Part shown: piece after piece, positions 28,520-44,202 of the stretch
Layout of the letters: every line of letters begins with the position of its first letter
Numbering within the stretch: position 1 is the stretch's first letter
Assembly: GCA_964016885.1 (NCBI GenBank)
Contig: OZ024740.1
Location: forward strand, 233,492,001 to 233,556,000
From: Eledone cirrhosa
Lineage: Eukaryota
Direction: 5' to 3'
Length of the DNA: 64,000 nucleotides
Program-made: the position numbers and the translations under genes
The notes under the pieces: generated by a model
The model's database searches: none
The model's input: only the letters and a program-made list of their open reading frames with translations
Told to the model about the DNA's origin: nothing

Positions 28520-30390
28520 ATACAATAACAGAGATAGTTTAAAGCTAAACTCTGACTGGTAACCATCTCACTCAACAAACATTAGGTTATATTAAAATAT
28601 AAACCCAATTTAAGTGTTTGGGGTGCTAACAATATGTATAATGTGGAAAAACAGTTGTATTATTTTATGAGATATAATTAGAGTTAAGTATATCTCTCTT
28701 TCCAAACAATTGTTTCATTATAAGTTTTCTACAAGTTGGGAGAATGTTTCCAGTTTATGTAGAAGCCTAATATATATTCATGTAAGAATATATTTAGGTG
28801 GGCACTTATAAATCCTCAGTGGAAGCCCGTTAAACATTGAAATAAGAAAACAATTTCTTACCGCTGTCAAAAGTCGTGTCTGTAAAGTAGCTCTCTCTCA
28901 CCTCGAATGACCGCCAAATTTGAAATTCCAGCAGTTTTTGACTCAGGAAGTATCATAGCGACACGAAGCGGGAAGGGGAGACAACCCACGATCCACGAAA
29001 TGAGGAAAAAAAATAATATACACGCGGGTTAATTAGTTTTTTTGAAAACATTATCAATCCAACGTGTTTAAGAACTCAATTGAAAATAAAAAAATAAATA
29101 TATGCTTGTATAAATTACACACGCATATAGATATTTTCTTAGGCTAAATCAGAAGTTGTACCCGAATAAGAACCGCTTCTCATAACCGCAGTAAATGCAG
29201 AAAGTTATGCTATAAAGGGCAAATGGGAATATAATTCTCCGGCCGTACGTGTACATATATATATATATGTACACGTACATACATATATGTATACAGACGT
29301 ACAGTAATATGTATATATATATACATACATGCACACATATATATATATATGCACGTATGGATTCACCGAACATTTATTATAATGCTCGGTCTGTTTGTAA
29401 ACAAACATCCCGTATTAAGCCGTAGTGTCTAGCAACCATCGTTGATCGTTTGTTCAACACTAACAAAGGAAAGCTGTACTAGTTTCAAGCTTATTAGCTA
29501 TCGTCAGCAACGTATACCTTCCTGCCAGAATGTTGAACGTATATACTTACCTTATGCATATTAACGGCTGAGTAGCCCGATTTGCATATCGAGTGGGTTA
29601 ATAGGCCGGGTATACGTCTGTATACATATATGTATGTACGTGTACATACTTATATTTAAGTAACAGCCGAACTAAGAGTGGGAAATGAAATTTCGTTTCA
29701 TTTTTTTCCGTTTATATATATATATACGTGCGTGTGTGGTAGGAATTTGGATCGATACGTTATTAGAAATATCTAATATTTCGATCACGTTGCTCATGGA
29801 ACACGCTCAATAATTACAGGTTTGAAACCTGAAATCATGGCGATATGGTCGTTATGCTACCACACAGAAATAGGACATATGTGAGCGAAAAAGAAATTCG
29901 TTATGAAAACATTTTAAAAAAATGTTAAGACCGCCTGGAGCGTACGGTTTTGATCCTGCCAAAAACATTGTTAGTTGCAAATATTATATATTGCTAATAA
30001 ACAGTTAGGACTTTGCGGGGATGTTGTCCTAAAAACAAGCAGCCGAAGATCAAAGTCTCTTCTTCTCTATAGGGCAGTAACGCTAGCACTGATAATGCGT
30101 GTATGTACTGTAAAGATAACCACTATAAATTTAACAGTAGCATGATGGACGGAGCTGCTGAGTTAGTAATAGCGTAAAATTGCTGAAAATAGAATTACTC
30201 TTCTCAACCAACAAAGCACTGAAGCAATGAAATCAATTATCAGGAGTAAATTATAATAAGAATTTAGATCGATTCAGTACTATAGTGCTTTTCCAAGGGA
30301 TGTCAAATTGAATGGACCTGTTATTTTTATCTAAAGACTTTTTTTCCAATTCCAGCCCGATCGTCATGTCAATCTATATTATTTCTCATT

Positions 30391-30430
30391 CTTTCTGCTG
30401 ATGAAGGACTAGCGTCCGAAACATTAAGAC
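30391..30430 (+). ncRNA. Minimal hammerhead ribozyme
   Basis: CTGATGA-A-GGAC TAGC GTCC-GAAACATTA. Confidence 0.75.
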
Positions 30431-30542
30431 CCTCTTCCTGCTATTTCAAGTGTTAACCTACTATATTCCTTCCATATACTGTACCGATTGTGTTGTTATT
30501 TCTGTTTACCTTTTACATACACACATATATATATATATATAT

Positions 30543-30596
<54 letters not shown>

Positions 30597-30930
30597 ATAT
30601 ATTATCATACATACATACATATATATATATGGGGTGGGGTGAGTGTATGTGTAAGCGTGTGTATTTAAGCATGCATAAAAACACACTGACACACACATAC
30701 ACAGAGCGCGCGCACATACACACATGCATATATATATATATATATATTTATGGTTGAAAATAGAGCAAAGTTTATAGATAAAAAAGTAAATGCTCAGGAT
30801 TATATTTAAAGATTACTTTTTCTTTAATCCAACAGATTATATATGTATGTATGTATATGTATAATATGTATATATATATATACTTTTACTCTTTAACCTG
30901 TTGCAGCCATCCGGCTGAGGCAATGCTGAG

Positions 30931-31018
<88 letters not shown>

Positions 31019-31021
<3 letters not shown>

Positions 31022-31673
31022 CAATATTAATAAATGGAAACTATATTTATAAAACCATATTTATTTCATTATATATATTTCAAGGATACCAAGTTAAATC
31101 ATGGTATGCCTTCATCAGACAAAATACAATATATAACAGTTTTACAAATAGTGACCGTTGTTTTTGGAGGCCATCCGGATAGTGGTTTGTTTACTTTAGT
31201 AAGTCATAGTGTTAAGAGTAAGTAAAAAGATGGAGAGATAGAGAGAAACGTGGAGAAAAAGAAAGGGAAAGATAGATAAAGAAAAAGAAGAAAGCAAAAA
31301 GAAAAGAGAACGGAGGAAAAATAACGGGGAAATATCAAAACATCAGACAGAGAAAGAACTCAAGAGAGAGATATGTAGAGATAGAGAGAGGGGGGAGAGA
31401 ACGAAAACCTTAAGTTATGTCATATTAAGTTGAGTTAACAAATGTTAACTCAACTTAATATGACATAACTGTTATATATTGTATTTTGTCTGATGAAGGC
31501 ATACCATGATTTAACTTGGTATCCTTGAAATATATATAATGAAATAAATATGGTTTTATAAATATAGTTTCCATTTATTAATATTGTATATCTACTCCAA
31601 ATATTTGTCGAGTGCTTTATATCAGTTATAATAATATTTGCTTGTTGTATCCCAACAATTTAAATAGAACTTT

Positions 31674-31676
<3 letters not shown>
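31019..31676. mobile_element. Nested fold-back element with two hammerhead copies
   Basis: Inverted repeat 31019-31141/31467-31590 plus inner palindrome 31412-31470; CTGATGA-AGGCATACCA..TGGTATCCTT-GAAATATATA at 31490-31536. Confidence 0.8.
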
Positions 31677-31740
<64 letters not shown>

Positions 31741-31948
31741 GATATAAGTTATCGTTATAGGTAATCCAGTTAGAGGCTGTGAATACTCCGTATTGTGGAT
31801 AGTTTGAAACAATTGTTAATACTGTAAATAAAACTCTTTCTTGTACTGTTGACCATGTTATTCTTCACTCTTTCACTATATATATATATATATGTGTGGA
31901 GAAGTATATAAAGGAGAACAAAACGTTAAAACATGTTTATTTAAAACA

Positions 31949-31990
31949 GCACCTACGTACGTTTCGCCCGAAAGGGCTTCTCAAGGGCAT
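31949..31990 (-). ncRNA. Variant minimal hammerhead
   Basis: TTGAGAA-GCCC TTTC GGGC-GAAACGTACGTA; the core deviates from CUGANGA. Confidence 0.5.
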
Positions 31991-32153
31991 AAAAAACTAA
32001 AGGGTGTTCCTTACGTGACCCAGAAGGGGTTTTAAAGATAAGTTCACATCACAGTTCATTCTTCGTAAAAAACATGTATTGATTTTGCAGTAGATCAAGG
32101 GAGATAACTCTAGCCGGTGTTAGAGCAGTGTTCCCCAGGCTATTTGTTACCCG

Positions 32154-32189
<36 letters not shown>

Positions 32190-32505
32190 TGATGGCTGCA
32201 AACTATGCTAAGTGTATTGCAATCGCTTGTCAGATTACAGAAAATAGTGCAGCTTTAGATAACGGCGTGTCACACGAACCTGTAGCAGATCTTAAACAAG
32301 CAATGCCTGTGCTTTGAAGGTTTTTTTAAGTGGTTGCACTCGACCAATCCCACTCTCTGAGCATCGAAAAACACTACCCGAAAAGGAGAACTGGTCAACA
32401 TCATGGGATGCTTCCGAATCTGCAGGTGTTTTTTTTTTTCAGAGTTTCCCTTTTCTAGAAAGGTGTTGTGATAACAATTGTCGGCCTTTCACTGGTGAAA
32501 AAAAA

Positions 32506-32555
<50 letters not shown>

Positions 32556-33401
32556 CATGGATTCATACATACATTCATACATACATATATACATATGTGT
32601 TGCGTATGTGTAGATATTTAATAGATAGACTTGATGAATAGAATGATATATTAATAATATTCTAGATTTTACCCTATGTAAACACGTATAATGTTTTTTG
32701 TTTTTTTTTATATTTATATGATGAAAGAGGAGATATATATATGCAAACATGAGACTGGCGCATAGTAACTGTCCTGATAATGTTCCGATAATGTCGCACA
32801 ATTACTTACACATGAAACATACCCACGTATATGTATAAGCACACACACATACTCACACACACATATATACATATATGTGTGTGTATATATATATATATGT
32901 ATACGAATATGTATGTATACGAATGTGCGTGTTTGAGTACGTGAATATATATAGGGGAATTTTCCCCTTCTGACTTACGCATGTGCGTTTACTAAGCTCT
33001 GCGTCACTCGCAAAGTTGGTTACAGAGCAAAATTACCTGTTGATAACGTGATATTCCTTGTTCGATCTTTATGCTGAAAGCTTATAGTCTTAAGCAGGCA
33101 GTATTATTGATTTAGGTGTCATAGAAACCCTGCATTTGGATTTTACCACCAATTCCATTTGGGTCCAGGTTTTTATCATTTATTTTGTTTGACCTGTTTA
33201 GCTTGATTTGTTTTTTGGCTTAAGTGGTTAATGCCTTCTTAACCACTTTCTCAGTTTGTATGGCGTTTTAACATATTGTTTAGCTCTGGTTTTTTTAACT
33301 ATTGAGCGCTCGCCAGCATTTCTACGATTTTGCGTTTCGTTTCGCTTTTTCTACCAGCCGAAATGCGATTCTCGCTGAATTATGTTTATATATATATAGA
33401 T

Positions 33402-33645
33402 ATATTTATTAAAATAACAGATTAAAGTTTAAGCAAAGAATCGCTGCTTTCACCCTTAACGGGATCTTCTGAAACTCCCGTTTCAGAAGATCCCATTAAG
33501 GGTGAAAGCAGCTTAATTCTTTGCTTAAAATTTAATCTGTTATTTTAATAAATATTTGCTCTACGGTTCTTATATATTTGATATATATTTATCCTTATCG
33601 AGCCCTCTTTGGATTTTAGTCTTCAAATTTATAATTATTACTATA
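33402..33645. mobile_element. Fold-back element with variant hammerhead
   Basis: Inverted repeat 33402-33475/33480-33555; CAGAAGA-TCCC ATTAA GGGT-GAAAGCAGCTTA. Confidence 0.7.
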
Positions 33646-33647
33646 TG

Positions 33648-33720
<73 letters not shown>

Positions 33721-34251
33721 ATATATATTCACGTACTCAAACACGCACATTCGTATACATAGACAAAGATTAATTTATATAGTATACAACTGTACACTAT
33801 TTCTTTTAAAAAAACACGTCCCCCACAGACAACATATACTCATAGATAAAGACATTAAACCACACAACATGAAGAAGGAACTCATTTATTCAGAGGATAT
33901 TCATAATAGCATATTAAAAATATTTTGTGTGTGTGTCGCAACGGTAGTGGTTTTGGTGGTGGCATTATTAGAAGCAATGTGAAGTGCAGAAATGATAAGT
34001 AAGCTATGCAGTATCGGGGTAGAGGATATACATACATGCATATCTATCACTGCTCCAAGTTCAGGCTTAGATCAGATATTACAAGCTATTAAATCGTCAT
34101 TCTAATCAGATTGTAATCGTTAGAAAATGGCTTTGCACTTACGAATGTTGATGAAACACACTTTCTGTAAATTTTCAACTAACCTACCTAAATAACTACC
34201 ATCTTAACTACATAATAACCTATCTACGATCCTTACCTGTACTCCTATATG

Positions 34252-34300
<49 letters not shown>

Positions 34301-34303
34301 TTA

Positions 34304-34369
<66 letters not shown>

Positions 34370-34519
34370 TATATCTGTGTGTGCGTATATGTATTTGTTT
34401 AAATAAATAGGTAGATACTTAACCATCAAAGTTTACATGGTTCTATCAATCCCTAGTAATTGAACACAACCCCTCCCCCATATATATATATGCTAGCGTG
34501 GAAGATGGACGTTAAACGA

Positions 34520-34585
<66 letters not shown>

Positions 34586-34587
<2 letters not shown>

Positions 34588-34742
34588 GTTATTCCGGGTT
34601 GAATCGGAGGTAACCACAGTAAGTAAGGTACTCAATACATAGCAGAGTATAAAAGTTTTAATATAGATGAGATTCTACAGGACTAGAACTGTTTCATTCA
34701 TTAGAAATCATCAATGAATGAAACAGTTCTAGTCCTGTAGAA

Positions 34743-34747
<5 letters not shown>
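34586..34747. mobile_element. Family B fold-back copy
   Basis: GAGATTCTACAGGACTAGAACTGTTTCATTCATT and its inverse, in (TA)n. Confidence 0.75.
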
Positions 34748-34770
<23 letters not shown>

Positions 34771-34778
<8 letters not shown>

Positions 34779-35107
34779 ATACTTTGGGAGGGTCATGTTG
34801 CCAGTAAGAAACACACGCATCAGTAGGTTTCACTCCAATTTATTATAAATTAAATTACAAATTTAAAAATTTATAAATAAATTTCCGGTTGGTTGGTCGG
34901 TTCCACAACCGGACGGTTGTTCATATATTGTCAAAGTTCTTTCGTCACACATTCTGTGACCTCTTCATTATAATTTAATTTATAATAAATTGGAGTGAAA
35001 GCAACTGGTGGGTGTGTTTCTTATTGGCAACATGACCCTCCCAAAGTATAACAATATCGGTTTCAACAAACGTTTTCAGATAAAAAATATTGCTAAACAA
35101 ATTCAGA

Positions 35108-35110
<3 letters not shown>
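34771..35110. mobile_element. Fold-back element with hammerhead on minus strand
   Basis: Inverted repeat 34771-34857/34971-35057; minus-strand TGAAGA-G-GTCAC..GTGAC-GAAAGAACTT at 34933-34967. Confidence 0.75.
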
Positions 35111-35159
<49 letters not shown>

Positions 35160-35305
35160 CGTATTTAAGAAAGCCACAACAACGCAGAGGGAAATCTCGA
35201 GGTAGGAAGTGAAAGATAGATAGGAAAAACAGGTGAAAGTGAAAATTGAGAGAGACAAAGATGAAAACAAAACAAAGGTAGAAGAGTTACCGTAGTAGAG
35301 ATTTA

Positions 35306-35340
35306 ATCCCAATATTTCGGGCTCACGCCCATCAACGGGG
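35306..35340 (-). ncRNA. Degenerate minimal hammerhead
   Basis: TTGAT-GGGC GTGA GCCC-GAAATATT; core incomplete. Confidence 0.35.
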
Positions 35341-35422
35341 GAAAGTTCCAAAAGGGGGGTAGGGGAACAGGCCAAGCGGAGAAAGTTGTGATGTCGTTAA
35401 GACAGGAATGCCGTTAGTTATG

Positions 35423-35465
<43 letters not shown>

Positions 35466-37417
35466 CGTTTATTATCTGTTTGTTTCCTAACCACTTAAAA
35501 CCAGTGAGCCAATCAAACTAGGCATCTGAATTCCTTAGACTCAGGAGTAGGTTTTCCTCACACTTAGACCTATATTCATTAGTTTATATATTTGATTCTT
35601 TGTCAATCTGTGGTCGTCGTGAGTTATCGGTTTCACTAACATGGAATATAACAGAAAATATAGAGAATGAAGAAGTGAGAATTTGAGTGAAATTAAATAG
35701 AGCACTGAAAGCCAACGACGGAACTAAGCAAGGAAGTTAACAATGCATGTCCGAGGAGAGAAAGAAACAGAGAAAAAGAAAGTGAAGAAAGTGTGCGACA
35801 CGCGACACACGTTCAAGATAGTAACCGACACTAAAGCAACAAATATACACTTGCTTCAGTACTGAACGCCCCCCCCCCCCCTCCCTCTCTCTTTCTCTCC
35901 CCTCTCTCTCTCTCTCCTGCATGACAGGAAATACGACTAAACAAGTGAACGACACGCTGTCAACATTTTAATATCACAATCCGATCTCTCGTCTATCGGC
36001 ACCAGCTTATTGTGACATACGTTCTTTATATCTCTTCTGTGTGTGTGTATATATGTCATTTCAACTTAACATTTAGCCCATGAATCAAAATGACCTCCAT
36101 GCTATGAGTGCGTCGTGTGTAGTATTTTAACGTACGCCAAGGGATGTAACTCGAACTAAGTCATGGTTATAGTTGGCGCCGGTGACACTATTGACGTCTC
36201 ACCGGTACCATGTCTAACAACGTTATTTTTTCCAATCTCAAGAAAGCTTCTAGATATAAGTTTGAAAGAATAACAGCGGCTATTGAATGTGAAATGGCTG
36301 GAATTAATCTATTTTCAAAAATATTCCCTACAGCAGATAATTTAGTTGCTGTTTGTGTTCTTTCCCTTCTCCTCATTTCGAACAGAGAAGTTATGAAATC
36401 CATACGTTATCATTATAGAGCAAGTTGAAAATCTGAAACATTCTTTTATGATATAAATCCTTTCAATATTTGGCATTTATGCCACAATAATCTCTATTTG
36501 TTATTTATGTGGAGTTGAATATAATTTTGCCCAAATCTTATCAATATTACCACATTACTGCTACCGAATGTATTTTATGCTTGTTTTCATTATCTCTTCA
36601 TATTTATTATATGCTTGCTGAGATTGGCATTTTTAATGTGCTGTTATTACCGCGGCTTATTTGCTACAAACTCATAAACATACTATTTCTCTTCCGTTGT
36701 GCCCACCTATACTACACTCAATGACCTGATATTCATGTATTTACACTAGTACAATATAATCGTTACAGATCACACCCGTGCGTGTTTAGCTGGCCTTCTA
36801 CGTGGTTGCATCTCATATAAGATTTATCGCATCACTTAATGATAGGGCCCAAGTTCTGTTACGAAAGGACTCGCCTAATCCCTGCATATTCGTTTCTGAG
36901 TTAGCCATCAGCTTCTGCTACTACTCATTGATTGCCGCTGAGTAGACTGGAGCAACATGAAATGGAGTCCTTTCTCAAAGGCACAACGCACCCGAATGCA
37001 TGATCTGATAGTTGTCAGTCCAAAACATTATCCACCAGGACACACACATTTACACACGCACAGTACACACAAAACTAAAGGGAAATCCCTCATTTTGCAA
37101 GTGATACCAAATGATAGTTTGAATGTTGTTATCTCTTTGGCAACATCCAGCTCTACATTGTTTACCTTTTATTTTAGTATGTTGTGCTTCTTTTAAATAT
37201 GCATACTTTACATAGCAACATTGATATCTTCGAATTGCTTCTAATTTGTGACATTTATCTGCATTGTTTGACAGTAAAAAATTCTTGAACTTATATCAAA
37301 TTCATAAAATTATTTAAAATTATTATTGACATTTTTTTTAATACAAAATAACATATTTTTAAAAGTATTCTATGAAACGTAATCTTGATAAAAAGACATG
37401 TCCCGATATGAATATGA

Positions 37418-37540
<123 letters not shown>

Positions 37541-37559
37541 CGCACACACACACACTCAT

Positions 37560-37597
<38 letters not shown>

Positions 37598-38530
37598 ATG
37601 TGTGTGTGTGCGTGTGAGAGAGAGAAAGAGAATGGGGTGAAAGACTAACTAAGATTTGTAGTGGAGAAAACGTCTGCTTGTGTAGTAGGAGCTGGTGTCC
37701 GGAGACGTGCAGGAGGTTCGATATTTTAAAAGAAATGAGTTGTAGAATATAATTATTTACAATGTGTACTTTGATTTTAGACATAAAATAAGTGAATGAC
37801 GATTTAAATTTTTCAACCTTGTTCCTATTATATAAACAAATTATCTAGTTATCTATACAGATAAGATTTTGTATATGCAGTTAGGCAGAGGATATCCCAC
37901 GTGACCTCGGTACGCCATCAAATATTTTCAGATCACTGTGATGCAAAAACTTTACTTATTGTAAAAATATTATATATTACAATTTACCACAACATTTGAA
38001 AGCGCAGGGCTTAAATTTCGCTTATATTTTTCAAATGGACTATCAATTAAGTATATCTTTAGTATATAATATCAGCATTTTTTATACATAATATTGGACA
38101 CATATGCAACATAACTTAACCTGACACATTGAAATAAATGAGAAAAAGAAGTGGGATAACCAGCCAAATGAAATTTGAGCTGTTTGATAGGAAGTGTTGC
38201 TTGGTTATTTAAGTATCAGATATATTTTGAACCGACCGTTTAGCAGTCTCTAATGGTAAACAAATATGACATTTACTTCACTGCATATCAATATAAGTTA
38301 AGGTCACATAATATTATGATATTCATCCTAACTTGTACCATGCAAGTTCAATAATCCAACATAACTTGTTTTCATACAACATTTGCCACTATTCTGAGCT
38401 TTTCTTTATCGCTGTGGCAAGCAAATCAGACCCATATTTTTAGGGTTCAAATGTTACGGGGATCAGCAAATAAGTACAAGTAAGTTATTATTGCAGCTAG
38501 AAGGGTTTTAAATATAAAATATTTCTCTTA

Positions 38531-38614
<84 letters not shown>

Positions 38615-39058
38615 CTCTCTCTCTTTCTCGCTCTCCCTCTCTCTCTCTCTATATATATATACATATATATATGTGTGTGTGCGTGTGTGCGTGTGTGCGT
38701 GTGTGTGCTTGTGTGCGTGTGTGTGTGCGTGTGTGTGCGTGTGTGTACTTGCAAGTGTAAGTGTATGTATGTGTGTGTTTATTTATGTGTAAATCTATCA
38801 CCGATGTACATTGCCGAAAGATGTAAATATAGACGATAAACGAAAACAACCGTGTTATTCGAATGAAGTATCTTTCCATTTTTGTCCAGACGGACAAAAT
38901 CAGCGTTTACTTCCCTTGGAAACTTGCCACCACTGACCCTCTTGTTCACCAATTGCAATTTCTAATATATAATACCCGATGTATTAATTGGTTGAAACTG
39001 TGTCACTCTCGACGACATAAAGATCGACAAAAGACAAAGAGTAAAATAAGAGATAATT

Positions 39059-39235
39059 GTTTCTACTTTTGGCACAAGGCCAGCAGTTAACCAGTACATT
39101 ACTGGTACTTTATTTTATCGACCCCGTAATGATGAAAGGTAAAGTTAACCTCGCCGGGATTTAAACTCAGACCGTAAAGGGACGTATCTATGCTGGAAAG
39201 CATGGCGTCCAACTCTCTACCGATACTGCCAATCC
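39059..39235 (-). mobile_element. MetaSINE-like SINE with TSD AAGAGATAATT
   Basis: Same family as 21971; duplicated flank at about 39048 and 39236. Confidence 0.85.
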
Positions 39236-39431
39236 AAGAGATAATTAGTGTAAAAGAGACACATAGAGAATAAAATAGGGATAGAGAGTAAAACAGCGAG
39301 CGAGAGAGAGAGAGAGCGGGGGGAAGGAGAGAAATCAACTTATAGATTGAAGGAGGGGAATACATACTGAAAGAAGTGGCAGGTAAAGAGTAAGTTAAAG
39401 AGGTAAAAACTGCTTAATTATAAGCATGGGT

Positions 39432-39487
<56 letters not shown>

Positions 39488-42026
39488 ACAGACAAACACA
39501 CACGTACAGACAAACACACACACACACACATGCACATACATAAGTAATAGTTATCTGCTGAAACTACGGCGAATGCAACATTTTCTTTTCAGGCTTTCAT
39601 CGGTATTTTTCATGAACGGAACTCACATATATGAAAATATGTTTCTTTACTCAATTTCGTTTTTATTTTTTTTTATTTTTCATTTTTTTCATATTGCTAC
39701 TTCCTTAATACTATATTTGCTGTCTTTGTGCATGTGCAGTATAATGAATCGCTTTAGCAAAATTCTGACGTACTGAATTAATTTTATTAATACATTTATA
39801 AATTTTAAGTTATTTACATACTGTTACCCACAGTGGCGAACATATCCTCTCAAACTTACTTGTCATATGAGAGGCAACACTCTAGTTGTAACATGCAATA
39901 AAGTATGTCACTATACTGTCAGATCTTTGACAAATGGTCATCATCCGACCTCTATTTTTATTTCAAACCGTAACACGTTTCTTAATAACATTTATTTGAA
40001 CACTGAGGAAAAAGAGATTATATATTTCAGTCGTTAAACCGGGTTACTCCTTGGTTACTGAGACTTGAAAGATCTGTATTTCAGATGTTGAATAAGTATT
40101 TCCCGACATGTTCTCTCATACTCACACCACTCTCCCTACTTATTTCTTCCTGTTAAGCTCTCTGCCTCTATTTCACTGTCTTTTTATTTCTATCTCTCCC
40201 TACATCTCATGTTCTATCTCTTATTTTCTCTGTTTTCCTTGCATGTCATATTTCTTTGAAACGTTAAGGTGCGTGGCGTGTCTTCGTGGTTAGTATGTTT
40301 AGCTCAAGATTGCAAGGTCTTGAATTCGATTTCCGATGGCAAGATATTTTATTTCTTGTTGTTCCAGTTCATTCACCTGGCAAAAATGAGTTCTAGTCAA
40401 AGTGCTAACAATGTTACACATTGTGTCACGTTGAATTTTTCTGAGGACCACGTTAAAAATACACGTCTCTGTGGAATGCTCAGCCAGCCTCTTGCACTTT
40501 CGTTCTAAGATTAGGCGTTTCCATATTTCGAACAAATTGAACACTCGTCGCCAGAACAAACTGAGTTCTAGCAACGATAACTTCTTTCAACACACAATAT
40601 GCAATATATAAATATTGTAATCATGTAGAGTAGGTGGCAACTTGGCAGAGCGGTTAGAACTCTGGATAGAATGCATTGTGGTATTCGTTTCAGCTTTCTG
40701 CTCTCTGAGTTCAAAACCCACCGAAGTCAACTCGCCTTTCATCCATTTGAGGTCGACAAACAGTACTAGTCTAGTAGTACTGGGGTTTATTCTTCTTCTA
40801 TATATCTTTTACATGTCCTCTCTCCCATTCTCTATCTGTCTATGGAGGAAATCTGCTGTATTTACACCTGGAAAGGAGATGGGCTCCGCCATGTTTTAAA
40901 AAATGCCCTAGAAACGCCGTATGTCAATATAGCGTCACTGCGACTCTTTCGGGATTTACGGGACAATGCATGCATGCCATCATGTAGAACCGTGAAGAAT
41001 CTGGACAAAGGGACATGCAGGAATTAGTTTCATTGTATTATGTTCTGAGTTCCAATTCCTCCAGAGTCAATTATCCTCTGGTACCAGTCAGTTATTGAAT
41101 CTCAGCGCATAGATCAGATTGAAAGTATGTCCAGTCACCTACTTAGTTGATGACATTCTGAAGAGTAAGCGCATCTGCAAAAATGTCGGATAATACTTAT
41201 GTATCCAAATTCAGAAATAAAATCTTTCACACAAAATTACATTGTGGTAAATTTTCAATAGAGGATTCTACATCAAGTCAATTGCCAAACCAATGCATCT
41301 TCTATTTCTGTGTAAATATGTGTAATGAACCAGACCTGCCAACTTCTAAAAACCCAAATGAGGTGTACCATGAAAAAAGGTGCCCCAAAACCGGGAGAAA
41401 TGACACAAAATGGGGAGATTTTACATAATGAAAGATATACCAATTTTTACAGTAGAAAACATCTTTCACCCACCCCAAAGTGAGTTGAGGTCCTAATGCA
41501 CGTATATATGTTTACCACACCTAATGTCTTTCTCTGCTTTGAATGCTTCCATTATTGCGTAAAACAAACACTTGAAAATGTTTGATGATAATCGAGGATT
41601 TTGCGTGCGTGCATTGCGTGCGTGCATGTGTGTTTGAATGGGTGTCCGTGTGTGTTAGTATGTTAGTATGTTAGTATGCATATATTTGGGAGTCAGATAC
41701 CCTCTTTCTCCCTCTCTCACTTTCCCTCACTCTTTATCTCTCTCCTTGTCCCACGGGCTTGTGTATCTATGTGTGGTGGGATGTGGAAGAATTATATGTA
41801 GATTGTTGTCATGAGGTGAGTATAGACATATGTTAAATATATAAACCCACCAGAAATAGTTATGTTCAAAACTCAATACGTATATATGCGCTTATATAAT
41901 CATGCGTACCTATATGTGCTCACTCACATACACATGCACACACAAACACAAAGACACGCACACACACGTATATATATACAAACATGCATACGCACATATA
42001 TACATATATATATATATATATGTATA

Positions 42027-42076
<50 letters not shown>

Positions 42077-42087
42077 TATATATATAT

Positions 42088-42148
<61 letters not shown>

Positions 42149-42183
42149 TATATATATATATACACACACACACATATCTATAA

Positions 42184-42246
<63 letters not shown>

Positions 42247-42249
<3 letters not shown>

Positions 42250-42477
42250 CGAAGGAGTTGTGGTAAGGAACCAGAGTACTCGATACTTAGGGTAGTAGAG
42301 TGGGTAATGGGAAAATGTATGACCCCGACGGCAGAGCTCAAGCCGTTTCGAAGGCTATTTCTGGACACCAGAAATAGCCGTCGAAACGGCTTCAGTTCCG
42401 CCGTCGGGGTCATACTTTTCCCTATATACATATATATATATACATACATATATACACACACATATATATACATATAC

Positions 42478-42508
<31 letters not shown>

Positions 42509-42673
42509 ACAAAGAACGTGTGTGGTAAAATACCAAGTGGACCACAACGCACCAGAGTACTCGATACTTACGAAAAGAGTCAGGAAAAAGGCTGAGCTCC
42601 GAACGTTTCGACAGCTAGATCATGCTGTCGAAACGGCCGGAGCTCAGCCGTCGGGGTCCTGTCTCTTTTCCTA
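42247..42673. mobile_element. Two family A fold-back copies
   Basis: 42247-42424 and 42507-42673 share the family A tail and GTCGAAACGGC core. Confidence 0.8.
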
Positions 42674-43918
42674 TATATGTATATATGTATGTATATATAT
42701 ATGTGTGGATTTCGGCGGCTCAGTGTGTATATGTGGGGGTGCACACGTGTGTGTTTGTGTTTATACGTGGTGTAGATGTAGGTGGCGTGGTTCCAAAAAT
42801 AAATGTGACTGTTGGTTCGTGGGCAAATTCCTAAGGTAGTTCCGTGGAGTGTGTGATGAGATGTTGGATATTTTTCATGTTATAGAGTGGATAGCTGGAA
42901 CGATGACCGGTCGTTTGGAATCCATTAGTTGTGGTGGTCGGAAGTGGAGAGATGTGGAGTGCGCGCGCAACAGGAAGTGGTCAGAGGGTCAACGCAGGGT
43001 GAGGAGATAGCAGTAGAGGAGGGTGACAGGTGGAGAAATGGTCTGTATGTGGTGAGGACTGTGTGTCTGTGTGTGCGGGGTGCGGTGGACAGAGGAGAGG
43101 ATGGTTAGGTGTGGAAGGTGGAGGGGGAAGGTGGTGAGGTGGGGGGATGGGGTGTATATTAATAGAGGTGTTAGTGGGATGTGTGTGTGTTGTGTGAAGG
43201 GGTGTGGGTGGAGAGGGGAGGAGGAGAAATAGAGAAAAGGTGTTGGGGACGGGGGAGGGAGTGTAGTGTACTGTTGTGTGCGCGCGTGTTTGGATGAGTG
43301 TGTGTGTGATAGAGGGGGTGTTAGTGGGTGTTAGTATTACTGGTGCTGGGGAAAGGATATATATATATATATATGAAAAGTGTAATTTTCTACACAAAAC
43401 GAAGGTTATAGAGAAAATTGAGGTTGGTAATGGCACATGGAATATATAAGAGACAGAATACTTTTTTGTGAAAAAACATAATTTTATAAGGTAAGGAAAT
43501 AATAAAGGGTATAAAAAATGACCGGTTTCGATGGGTCTGCAAAAGCCATCTTTTCAAATGTTGATTAATATTAAGAAAAATTAATAATACGAAGAGTTAA
43601 AATTTGAGACTTGAAAATTCAAGTATAAAATTCATTGTGGGATTTCATAGCAGTTTTCATCTAGGTAGCAACAACAGGTTGACTGCTGTGTCCCTTTCTG
43701 GTAGTGAATGAGAAGTTATTTAGGGTGTGGGTTATTTTATAAAGGTCAGATTTAGCAATCACCAACTGGCCAGCTGCTGGTCAGTGAGGGGGTGGAAGCA
43801 ATATACACACACATATCTTCCTGTGATGGGTAGGAGAGTGGAGCGTGATAGAAAAGGATTTAGTGCACTTACACCTATATATACACACATACCTTCATCC
43901 ACACATACATACATATAC

Positions 43919-43959
<41 letters not shown>

Positions 43960-44028
43960 CACACATACACACACACATACATACATATACATATACACAT
44001 ACACACACACACACATATATATACACAT

Positions 44029-44083
<55 letters not shown>

Positions 44084-44122
44084 TATATATACATACACAT
44101 ACATCCAGATACACACATACAT

Positions 44123-44202
<80 letters not shown>

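Noticed and set aside
36188-36428. Overlapping 71/72-aa ORFs as a host exon
   Set aside because: No recognisable homology or partner exons; length expected by chance.
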